The notes beneath the pieces were generated by a model that did no database searches, had not been told where the DNA came from, and saw nothing but the letters and a program-made list of their open reading frames with translations. The position numbers were made by a program, and so were the translations under genes. From positions 160,001 through 224,000 of the forward strand of contig OY776215.1 of NCBI GenBank assembly GCA_963675495.1: DNA of 64,000 bases. Direction: 5' to 3'. This stretch comes from an uncultured Methanolobus sp. (GTDB taxonomy: Archaea > Halobacteriota > Methanosarcinia > Methanosarcinales > Methanosarcinaceae). This document shows positions 40,451-49,048 of the stretch, one piece after another. Each line of letters opens with the position of its first letter. The stretch's first letter is position 1.

Positions 40451-41488
40451 ATGTCCATTCCAATTCAGAATATCTACTACCTTTTGTGTTATGCATGGAA
40501 CAAGCTTGATGAAAGCGATATTGTAGATGTCAAAGCAATCAGTATTACTGAACTTGTTGATCTATTTGCAAAAATATTAGCTAATAGTACTTCCAGATTG
40601 CTAAAACAGGGTTTGGATCGTTATTATGTTGAACATGAATACGTTGTAAATGGAATAAAGGGGAAATTAGACCTTACTGCTTCTGTAAAAAGAAATCTTC
40701 TTCCTTCAAATAGAACCGTTTGCCATTACGATGAATTTGATTATGATATCTTACACAATCAAATTTTAAAAACAACGATTTCCAAACTTATTAGGACGAA
40801 TGGCCTTGACCCTAAATTAAGAGATGAACTACATCGAATTTTAATAAAACTCCCTCCGATTTCGGAAATTTCAATTCGGCACTCTCATTTTAGTCAAATT
40901 CGATTACACAGGAATAATTACAATTATGATTTTCCATTAAAAGTGTGCCAAATTATCAATGAAAATTTGTTTATTGATGAGTCATCGGGAAATTACAAAT
41001 TTAAAGATTTCTTGCGAGAAGAAAAGGCAATGGCAAGATTATTTGAGGCATTTATTAGAAACTTCTATAAAGTAGAACAGTCCGAATTTAAAGTAGGAAG
41101 AGAAGATATAAAATGGAAATTTGTAGCTGAAAAAGAGACGCCTATATCGATGTTGCCTAAAATGTCCACTGATATTTCATTGGTATCATCCTCAAGAAAA
41201 ATAATAATTGATACCAAATATTATAAAGAAGCTCTTAAGGCTAGATTTTCGCAAGAAAAAATAAATTCCAACAACTTGTACCAGTTATTTTCTTATTTAA
41301 TAAATCAGGAGTCAGAGTCGGATGCCAAAACTCTGAACTGTGAAGGTATTCTGTTATATCCAGCTGTTGAAAAGGGCTTTGATTTTTGCTATAATTATGA
41401 AAATCATAGAATCAGAGTGATGTCAATAAACCTTAATCAAGAGTGGTATGATATCAGGAAGGATTTGTTGGAAATACTCTCTAGATAG
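40451..41488 (+). CDS. mcrC: McrC restriction nuclease subunit
   Basis: IPIQNIYYLLCYAW, TDI...IIDTKYY, LYQLFSY and GILLYP motifs. Confidence 0.93.
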   Translation: MSIPIQNIYYLLCYAWNKLDESDIVDVKAISITELVDLFAKILANSTSRLLKQGLDRYYVEHEYVVNGIKGKLDLTASVKRNLLPSNRTVCHYDEFDYDILHNQILKTTISKLIRTNGLDPKLRDELHRILIKLPPISEISIRHSHFSQIRLHRNNYNYDFPLKVCQIINENLFIDESSGNYKFKDFLREEKAMARLFEAFIRNFYKVEQSEFKVGREDIKWKFVAEKETPISMLPKMSTDISLVSSSRKIIIDTKYYKEALKARFSQEKINSNNLYQLFSYLINQESESDAKTLNCEGILLYPAVEKGFDFCYNYENHRIRVMSINLNQEWYDIRKDLLEILSR

Positions 41489-41490
41489 AG

Positions 41491-41535
41491 GGCTCTGCAG
41501 AAATCTATAATTATCAATATCATGAAACAGTAACT
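41491..41535. mobile_element. Truncated MITE end between mcrC and Gabija
   Basis: GGCTCTGCAGAAA followed by ATCAATATCATG, also found (inverted) inside the 59419 MITE. Confidence 0.5.
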
Positions 41536-41649
41536 AAATATTATTGAAGATAATAACACATTTTAAGATATAGTTAACTTTTGAGAATATCATCAACATT
41601 AACAGATTTAATATAGTTATAATTTAGAGATGGTGGAGATGGGTAGAAA

Positions 41650-43713
41650 ATGATAATTGAACAGTTATTTATTGCAAATTTTAGATGTTTTGGACCGGAT
41701 GAAACAAAAATTGATTTTGGTGATTTAACTACTATAATTGGTGCTAATAGCAGTGGCAAGTCTGCATTATTAAGTGCTTTGCTTAAATTATTTGGCAGAA
41801 CTGGAAAAGAGAGAGAAATTAAAAGATCAGATTTTCATATTCCTATTGGAAAGAAACCAGAGGAGATTGTTGAAAATAGCTTATATATTGAAGCAACAAT
41901 TTCTTTCCCTGAGTTGGTTAAAGATGAAGAATATGCAAAAAAAACAGTTCCTAGCTTATTCCGAAAAATGGTTGTGCATGAACCTGATGGTGATCCATAT
42001 ATTAGAATTCGTTTAGAAGCTTCTTGGAAGCAAAGCAATTCACCTGATGGAGAAATCGACTCAAATATATCGTTTATTAGTATTTCAAGGGATGAAGATG
42101 AAGAAATATCTAATGAAAATAAACATATTGCAAAATTAAGTGATATAAGATCTAATATTCAAATGATTTACGTTCCTGCTATTAGAGAACCTTCAAAAGA
42201 GTTAAAAAATGCTTCTGGAACTATACTTTGGAGAATTCTAAATGGTATTAATTGGCCTGAAGACATCAATGAAAAAATAAACAAACAAATGGAACCTGTA
42301 AATTCTATTTTTGATTGTCAACAAGGAGTTAAAAGAGTACAGGAAATCATTCAGACCCAATGGAAATCCTACCACAAAGATTACAGATATACAAAAACTA
42401 AAATCAAATTTACTAGTAGCGATTTAAGTGATATACTAGATAAGATTGACATAGAGTTTTCACCAACAGAAATTCCTAAATCATACAATATTGATTCTCT
42501 AGGAGAAGGTTTAAGGTCTTTGTTTTATCTATCCCTCGTAAGTTCTTTACTTGATGTTGAATTTGAAGCTCAATCTAACACCGAGCAGGATATCTTTGAT
42601 TTATCGCCTCCCGCTTTAACAATTCTAGCTGTCGAAGAACCAGAAAACCATATATCTCCTCAACTATTAGGTAAAATAATTGATAATATCGAGAAGATTT
42701 CTGAAAAATGTAATTCTCAAGTATTTTTGACTTCACATTCACCTTCAATAGTAAAGAGAATAAAACCTGAAACAATTCGTCATTTAAGAATAAATAAGAG
42801 TAACTTATGTACTGCGATAAGTACAATTACTCTTCCTCCTGGAGAAAATGAAATACACAAGTATGTAAAAGAAGCAGTTACTAGGTACACTGAAATTTAT
42901 TTCTCTAGACTAGTTGTATTTGGGGAAGGAGATTCAGAATCAATCATAATTCCAAAAGCTATTGAAACATTGGGTTCAAAAGTAGATTCCGCTGGAATTA
43001 GTGTTGTGCCATTGGGTGGTAGATTTGTTAATCATTTTTGGAAATTATTAACTAACCTTGAGATACCTTATATTACATTACTTGATTTGGATTCAGAAAG
43101 GGCAAAAGGAGGATGGGAAACTATAAAATATGCAATTACTCAACTCATAGAAAATGGTCACACACTTGAAGAAATATGTGATTTTGAAGAGTGTGAATCA
43201 CTGTCTCAGGGTATGTTTGATTCAATGCACAACAGATTATTAAAAACTGATACTGACAGAAGTAAAATCAAAAAATGGGCAGAACATCTTGAGAAATTTG
43301 GTATTTATTATTCTTTTCCTCTTGACGTTGATTTTTCAATGCTTAAGGCTTTTGAAGAGAGTTATAGAATCCCTTCTCCTGGTGGCAGAGGACCTACTAT
43401 TCCAGACAAAAATACTAAGCCATTTGAATATGCTGAAAAAATGGAAAAATGTATTCGTCATACTTTAAAAGAAAGTGGAGGAGATGGCAATACTTACTCT
43501 GATAATGAAAAAGAGTTTATGCTCTGGTATCCTTATTTATTCCTCGATCATGGTAAACCTAGTACTCATATTTTAGCAATGAATAGATTAGATGATGCAG
43601 TCTTCAAAGAAAAGATGCCTGATTCTTTAAAGAGAATGGTTGATTCAATTAAAACCGAATTAGAAGACGATTACTTATCTACTCTCTGTGAAATAACTGA
43701 ACAGGGTGATTAA
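41650..43713 (+). CDS. gajA: OLD-family ABC-ATPase/TOPRIM nuclease (Gabija GajA-like)
   Basis: GANSSGKS, LGEG, EEPENH, TSHS; TOPRIM GEGDSE and DLD. Confidence 0.85.
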   Translation: MIIEQLFIANFRCFGPDETKIDFGDLTTIIGANSSGKSALLSALLKLFGRTGKEREIKRSDFHIPIGKKPEEIVENSLYIEATISFPELVKDEEYAKKTVPSLFRKMVVHEPDGDPYIRIRLEASWKQSNSPDGEIDSNISFISISRDEDEEISNENKHIAKLSDIRSNIQMIYVPAIREPSKELKNASGTILWRILNGINWPEDINEKINKQMEPVNSIFDCQQGVKRVQEIIQTQWKSYHKDYRYTKTKIKFTSSDLSDILDKIDIEFSPTEIPKSYNIDSLGEGLRSLFYLSLVSSLLDVEFEAQSNTEQDIFDLSPPALTILAVEEPENHISPQLLGKIIDNIEKISEKCNSQVFLTSHSPSIVKRIKPETIRHLRINKSNLCTAISTITLPPGENEIHKYVKEAVTRYTEIYFSRLVVFGEGDSESIIIPKAIETLGSKVDSAGISVVPLGGRFVNHFWKLLTNLEIPYITLLDLDSERAKGGWETIKYAITQLIENGHTLEEICDFEECESLSQGMFDSMHNRLLKTDTDRSKIKKWAEHLEKFGIYYSFPLDVDFSMLKAFEESYRIPSPGGRGPTIPDKNTKPFEYAEKMEKCIRHTLKESGGDGNTYSDNEKEFMLWYPYLFLDHGKPSTHILAMNRLDDAVFKEKMPDSLKRMVDSIKTELEDDYLSTLCEITEQGD

Positions 43714-45583
43714 ACTGAGATTGTCACAGGCGGATTGGAAACCATCAGATGATTTCATTTTAGAAACAAATGCTTTAGACATTGCAAAATCATCAAGAAA
43801 TTATAGTGTGACAGCTGGCCCAGGAGCAGGCAAGACGGAATTGCTTGCACAAAGGGCCTGTTTTTTGTTACAAACTAATGTTTGTACAGAACCAAGAAGA
43901 ATACTTGCAATTAGTTTTAAAAAAGATGCAGCTAAGAATATTGCAAACAGAGTTAAAATGAGATGCGGTGATGAATTATCTGAAAGGTTTGTATCTTTAA
44001 CTTATGCTTCATTTGCCAAGGAAATCCTTGATCACTTTAGAAAAGCTCTTCCAGAAGAGTATAGGCCCTCGCAAGAGTATGAAATTATGTCACATAATGG
44101 CGCGATTACAGATCGCTTTTTAGGTTCCTTTGATTCACATTCCAACTTAAATATATCAACTGAAGAGATAAGAAACCTTCCAAAACACTTGACAATTAAT
44201 AAATTACCCTTGAATCATGGTGCAAATTGGGATTTAAATGAAGTAATACTTAAAATATGGGAAAGATGCGTAAATTCAGACTCTGAAGAATCAAAGTTAA
44301 CTTTTTCAATGATTACAAGATTGAGTGAGTTTTTAATACGTGAAAATAAGAAAATCCATAACTCTCTAATTGCAACCTATAGTCATGTTTTTTTGGATGA
44401 GTTTCAAGATACAACTACTGATCAATATGATTTAATTAATACATGCTTTTTAGGAACAAACACGATATTAACTGCAGTAGGTGATAAGAAACAAAGAATT
44501 ATGATGTGGGCAGGCGCAGATGTAAATGTATTTGAAAAATTCAATATAGACTTCCAAGCAGAACCTTGTGAATTAATGATGAATTATCGATCAGCTCCCA
44601 GACTTGTTGAAATACAAAAAATATTAATTGAAAACATGAGTGAAGATAATAACAATATATCTGCACATAATAGATGGAGTAATGATGATGGGATTTGTGA
44701 AATTTGGAATTTTGAAAATAACCAGAGTGAAGCAGAAATACTTTCTGCAAAAATAAATCAATGGATTTTAGAAGATAGTTTAAATCCTGAAGATATATGC
44801 ATTCTTGTGAAGCAAAGACCAGATACCTACTATGAGCTTTTAGCGAGTAAGTTAGACATATATGGTGTAAAAATTAGGAATGAAAGTTTATTGCAGGATT
44901 TGATATCTGAAGAATGTGTAAACATTTTGTTAGAGATAATTTTGTGTGCTTTTTCTAAAAGTTCAATACAAGAATGGACAAATACTAGAAATCTTCTTAG
45001 ATTGACAAGATTCATTTCACCAGAAGAATCCGATTTTAGAAGGATCCAAAAAGTTGATGATGAATTTGATTTGAAAATTGAAAATATTATTGATTTATTA
45101 GAGAAAGTTTCTACCAAAATCGAATTGAGAATAGTTTTACATGATATTATTGATTTTTTCGGAAAAGAAAATTTATTCAACCTCTATCCTCAATACAAAC
45201 AGGGCACATTTTTCAACCAAAAAATCAATGATTTATCTGAATATTTGTGGAATGAATATTTATTATATAATGATTGGGCAGAATCTGTTTACTCATTACA
45301 GGGAAAAGATGCAATCTCCCTTATGACAATACACAAAAGTAAAGGTCTTGAGTACAACACTGTAATCTTTTTAGGATTGGATGATGAACAGTTTTGGACC
45401 TTTAGAAGGCAACCTGAGGAAGACACCTGTGCTTTTTTCGTTGCACTCTCAAGAGCTAAGGAAAGAGCAATTTTTACTTTCTGTAAAAGAAGAAATAATG
45501 GTAGATCCATTAATCGGTCAAATATCAGTTCTCTATACAGCATGTTAGAAGAATCTGGAATCGTTGAGACTCGCACTTTCTGA
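43706..45583 (+). CDS. gajB: UvrD-like helicase (Gabija GajB-like)
   Basis: AGPGAGKT, DEFQD, VGDKKQ, NYRS and TIHKSKGLEY motifs; overlaps gajA. Confidence 0.85.
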   Translation: MIKLRLSQADWKPSDDFILETNALDIAKSSRNYSVTAGPGAGKTELLAQRACFLLQTNVCTEPRRILAISFKKDAAKNIANRVKMRCGDELSERFVSLTYASFAKEILDHFRKALPEEYRPSQEYEIMSHNGAITDRFLGSFDSHSNLNISTEEIRNLPKHLTINKLPLNHGANWDLNEVILKIWERCVNSDSEESKLTFSMITRLSEFLIRENKKIHNSLIATYSHVFLDEFQDTTTDQYDLINTCFLGTNTILTAVGDKKQRIMMWAGADVNVFEKFNIDFQAEPCELMMNYRSAPRLVEIQKILIENMSEDNNNISAHNRWSNDDGICEIWNFENNQSEAEILSAKINQWILEDSLNPEDICILVKQRPDTYYELLASKLDIYGVKIRNESLLQDLISEECVNILLEIILCAFSKSSIQEWTNTRNLLRLTRFISPEESDFRRIQKVDDEFDLKIENIIDLLEKVSTKIELRIVLHDIIDFFGKENLFNLYPQYKQGTFFNQKINDLSEYLWNEYLLYNDWAESVYSLQGKDAISLMTIHKSKGLEYNTVIFLGLDDEQFWTFRRQPEEDTCAFFVALSRAKERAIFTFCKRRNNGRSINRSNISSLYSMLEESGIVETRTF

Positions 45584-45626
45584 TATCATACTTATCCTAT
45601 AAACAGATTAAGTTATAATTAAAAAT

Positions 45627-48335
45627 TCACCATCCCTTCAAAAGATGTTGTTTCTTCTCATTATCATCAAGCACCTTCGCACAGGATTCCCAGTCAATAG
45701 AGACCGGTTTATTATACCGTATTTCAAATGGATGCCTCGGAGGTATCTCGTCAATGGTTTTCATTGCATCATCTATCTTATTCAATGCAACATCTACCCA
45801 TACATCCTCAAGTACATCAGGTATCTGGCCAAAAAGCGAGTTGATCTTTTCAAGCCTCTCTGAAAGAAGTTCATGTACTCTGTCCTCTACTGAACCCTTA
45901 TAGCGCATATTGTAGATCCACACGTCATCATAGACTTGGCCAATACGCTGTATCCTTCCTTTTCTCTGTTCAAGTCTTGTTGGGTTCCAGGGTAAATCAA
46001 GGTTAATGAGTGTACCGAGTGTCTGAAGGTTCAGACCCTCACTGGCGGCATCCGTTCCAAGTAACAGTTTTATTGTGCCTTTGCGTACAAGTGCCTTGAT
46101 CTCTTCACGTGATGCACGCTGGAATGTTCCATTTTCTATGATACCAGAACGATTGCTTCCTGCATATATGCCAATCTTCTCTTCGGTTAACTCTTCTTTT
46201 AGTTTATCGGCAAGCCACTGTATAGAATCATAGTATTGTGAAAAAATGATGCAACCCCGCTCAAGCCATCTATCGTTCTTCAGAATATCCAGGACTTTTT
46301 CATATTTAGGGTCGGTGTCCATATGCTCATTAATTATCTGAGCGAACCTTGACAACAGGAATCTTTCGGCTTCAGACATGTTTTCAAAGAGCTCACTTCT
46401 CTGAACATCTTCTTCTTCTTCTTCGGAATCAAACTCTGAATCCTTGCGAACTCCAAGCATTTTATTTGCAGTGACTTTTCCTGCATATAATGTACTTCCA
46501 ACACGTCTAAGAAGAAGGGTTTTTAAGAAGCCTGTACCTTTTGCCCTTTCGCTAAGTAACTGACAGAACTCTTCTGCAGCCTTATATGCATCCTGAAGAT
46601 ATATTGGGAGAGGAATCGCATCCTTATCGTCCTCTCCGAACAGTTTGACCTCGATCTTCTGAATGTATGGCTCTCCTGTTTCAGGATTCTTGGTATTTTC
46701 AAGGAAATCCCTTGTTCTTCGTACTATATGCCTAATGTAAGGGTTATGATTCTGAAAAAAGTCATCTTTCATTCTTTCAAGTCTTGCTCTATCAGGAGGA
46801 CTGAGCTCAATCCACCTTCCTGAATTTGTAACTGCCACAGAATCAGGAAGTGAAAGAGAACTTCTGATAATCTGATAATCTAATCCTTCTGAAGTCGGAG
46901 GCAAGGGGTTAGCTATGTAATTAAAGAGTCCATCTTCATTTATATCCAAGGGCTTATTTCCTTGGATCATATCCAAAGATATAAATGGCTCTTTTATCCA
47001 AGTGCTACGTCTGTTACCTAAAACAGATTCATTTCCTCCACTTCCAAGTATGGATAGAAGATCGTATGCTTCGATAGGGTAGAGCTGTACAGGTGTTGCT
47101 GTTGCCAGAAGCATACTTTTACTATTTCCTGCAATCTCCTGGAGGAAAGCAAGAAGGTTATTTGGTTCCGCTCCTTCATTCTCATGTGTAGGACCGAGAT
47201 TCTTCCTTCTGGCCCTGTGAGATTCATCAACGATAATGCAGTCGTATTTTTTTGACTTTAATAAATCTGGTATGTTCGACCTTTCGTTCCCATAAGAATG
47301 GATTATTAGGCCATACGAGAGGATACCAATCCTACGAGGACATTTTAGTATGCCTTCTTCACCATATTTTGGATATTCGATCCCTTCTTCATCTACCCAC
47401 CTGCCATTGTCCCATACTGCAGATGGAAGGTTTAGGTGCTCTTTCATCTCATCCTGCCACTGCCAGCGCAGGGTTGCAGGTGTGAGAATCAATATGGGTT
47501 TATCTCCAGTAAGAGCGATCAACTGTGCTGTCATTGCCAATTGTAGTGTTTTGCCAAGCCCTACCATGTCTGCAAGGACGAAGCGTGCTCCATGCTTTGT
47601 TTGATGGGCCTTGAATGCAATGTCTATGAAGTATTTCTGATGCTCCCAGAGTCCGAGTTCATTCCTGTAAACCGGACTTTCTACAATCGCAGATGCAGCT
47701 TCCGGTTGTTTCTGCCATTCGATGAGTGATGGTATAACTTCACGTTTTGCAATCCTTCCGATGTCTTCAATTATGAATTCTGCAAGCACCTTATAGTCCG
47801 GATGGTTCCACAGGGCATCAAACTCTTCCTGCACCCAGTTAATGGCATCGTCGGAATCATCTTCCCATACAAGCTCATAGTTACGTTTCCAGGCGGACAG
47901 TGTCTCATTGATGCTTCCCATGAATGCAGTTTTTGTCCCATCGGTCTTTGTTATGACCCCGGCTTTCCCATGGATCAGCCCGAATGACTTGTCAGGAAGC
48001 ACCCTTACCTGAAGTTTCCCGGACTTCAGATACTTGTAAAGTTTCGCAAATCTGCCACGAGCTTTCTCATCAACCTTTTCAGGTTCCTCTGCACACCACT
48101 CTTTCCGTATAGCTGCAAGAGCAGCACGTGCAGTTTTCACATCTTCAGGTTCAAGCTGTGAGTTACACACAACCCGAACAGTCCCTTCAACCGAATCCAG
48201 CGCCTCTCCCGCAACCTCAAGAATAGATGAACTGAAATAGCCTGCTATTCTATCATATTTCTTAGCACCTTCAAGGCGCTTGTTAAGGAACGTTGCATCC
48301 AGAGGTTCCCGGCGGGATGAGAAACGTTTGATCAA
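45627..48335 (-). CDS. PLD-nuclease / SNF2 helicase fusion of the restriction-like (DUF499) system
   Basis: IHGKAG...GSINET PLD motif; DMVGLGKT, DESHR, SEGLNLQ and WNPTRLEQRKGRI helicase motifs. Confidence 0.9.
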   Translation of the reverse strand: MIKRFSSRREPLDATFLNKRLEGAKKYDRIAGYFSSSILEVAGEALDSVEGTVRVVCNSQLEPEDVKTARAALAAIRKEWCAEEPEKVDEKARGRFAKLYKYLKSGKLQVRVLPDKSFGLIHGKAGVITKTDGTKTAFMGSINETLSAWKRNYELVWEDDSDDAINWVQEEFDALWNHPDYKVLAEFIIEDIGRIAKREVIPSLIEWQKQPEAASAIVESPVYRNELGLWEHQKYFIDIAFKAHQTKHGARFVLADMVGLGKTLQLAMTAQLIALTGDKPILILTPATLRWQWQDEMKEHLNLPSAVWDNGRWVDEEGIEYPKYGEEGILKCPRRIGILSYGLIIHSYGNERSNIPDLLKSKKYDCIIVDESHRARRKNLGPTHENEGAEPNNLLAFLQEIAGNSKSMLLATATPVQLYPIEAYDLLSILGSGGNESVLGNRRSTWIKEPFISLDMIQGNKPLDINEDGLFNYIANPLPPTSEGLDYQIIRSSLSLPDSVAVTNSGRWIELSPPDRARLERMKDDFFQNHNPYIRHIVRRTRDFLENTKNPETGEPYIQKIEVKLFGEDDKDAIPLPIYLQDAYKAAEEFCQLLSERAKGTGFLKTLLLRRVGSTLYAGKVTANKMLGVRKDSEFDSEEEEEDVQRSELFENMSEAERFLLSRFAQIINEHMDTDPKYEKVLDILKNDRWLERGCIIFSQYYDSIQWLADKLKEELTEEKIGIYAGSNRSGIIENGTFQRASREEIKALVRKGTIKLLLGTDAASEGLNLQTLGTLINLDLPWNPTRLEQRKGRIQRIGQVYDDVWIYNMRYKGSVEDRVHELLSERLEKINSLFGQIPDVLEDVWVDVALNKIDDAMKTIDEIPPRHPFEIRYNKPVSIDWESCAKVLDDNEKKQHLLKGW

Positions 48336-49048
48336 TCGTAATACTCTCCTGCATATTCTGCTTCACATTCCAACTTAAATGATAAATCTTCATGTATTTC
48401 ATCGCGGATACAATCAAGCATTAATGAAATCCAATCAACAACTAGTGAAAGATTTTGGATATTGAAAACTTGAACAGACCCATCAGATAGCATCGCATTG
48501 CCATTTTTGTCTACAGGATATCGGAATGATTGTGCTGTGTGGTCTTTTGAAATTTCTTTTATAAAATGACCTATTGTATTTAAATCATTATTGTATTCGG
48601 ATCTATCTGAATATTTATCTCCAAATTTCATCTTTAGTAGAATATCTTTGCATTCAGACCACAGACGGATTAAATCATGACCAGTGGAAAAGGAATTATT
48701 ATTATCTATGAGTCGCCTGCCGTTAATTATGATTTCTTTCATTATTAGTTCTAAGTAATGATTAAAGAGATAGAATATTGGATATCCAAATGTATTGGAT
48801 GCAAAATCGCCCTTTTTCACACTTTCTATTAGTTGCTTAACAGCTTCCAAATAACCATTGGAATATGCACTCCAAGGACTTCCCATGCTAATCTTAAAGG
48901 TCTCATAATTTAGGTCTTCATTTTCATTAAACACATGACATTCGTTATATACAATACCTTCAAGGCTCCAATTATCCTTAGAATAATCATCTGATTCGAA
49001 TAACTTCAAAGAGCAATCAGGTCGGTCAGGAACTTTAGAATCATACAT
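48332..49048 (-). CDS. Hypothetical (HEPN-like) protein inserted in the operon
   Basis: HYLELIMK...GHDLIRLW...SFRYP; ATG 49048 overlaps the methylase stop and its own stop overlaps the helicase TTG. Confidence 0.65.
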   Translation of the reverse strand: MYDSKVPDRPDCSLKLFESDDYSKDNWSLEGIVYNECHVFNENEDLNYETFKISMGSPWSAYSNGYLEAVKQLIESVKKGDFASNTFGYPIFYLFNHYLELIMKEIIINGRRLIDNNNSFSTGHDLIRLWSECKDILLKMKFGDKYSDRSEYNNDLNTIGHFIKEISKDHTAQSFRYPVDKNGNAMLSDGSVQVFNIQNLSLVVDWISLMLDCIRDEIHEDLSFKLECEAEYAGEYYD

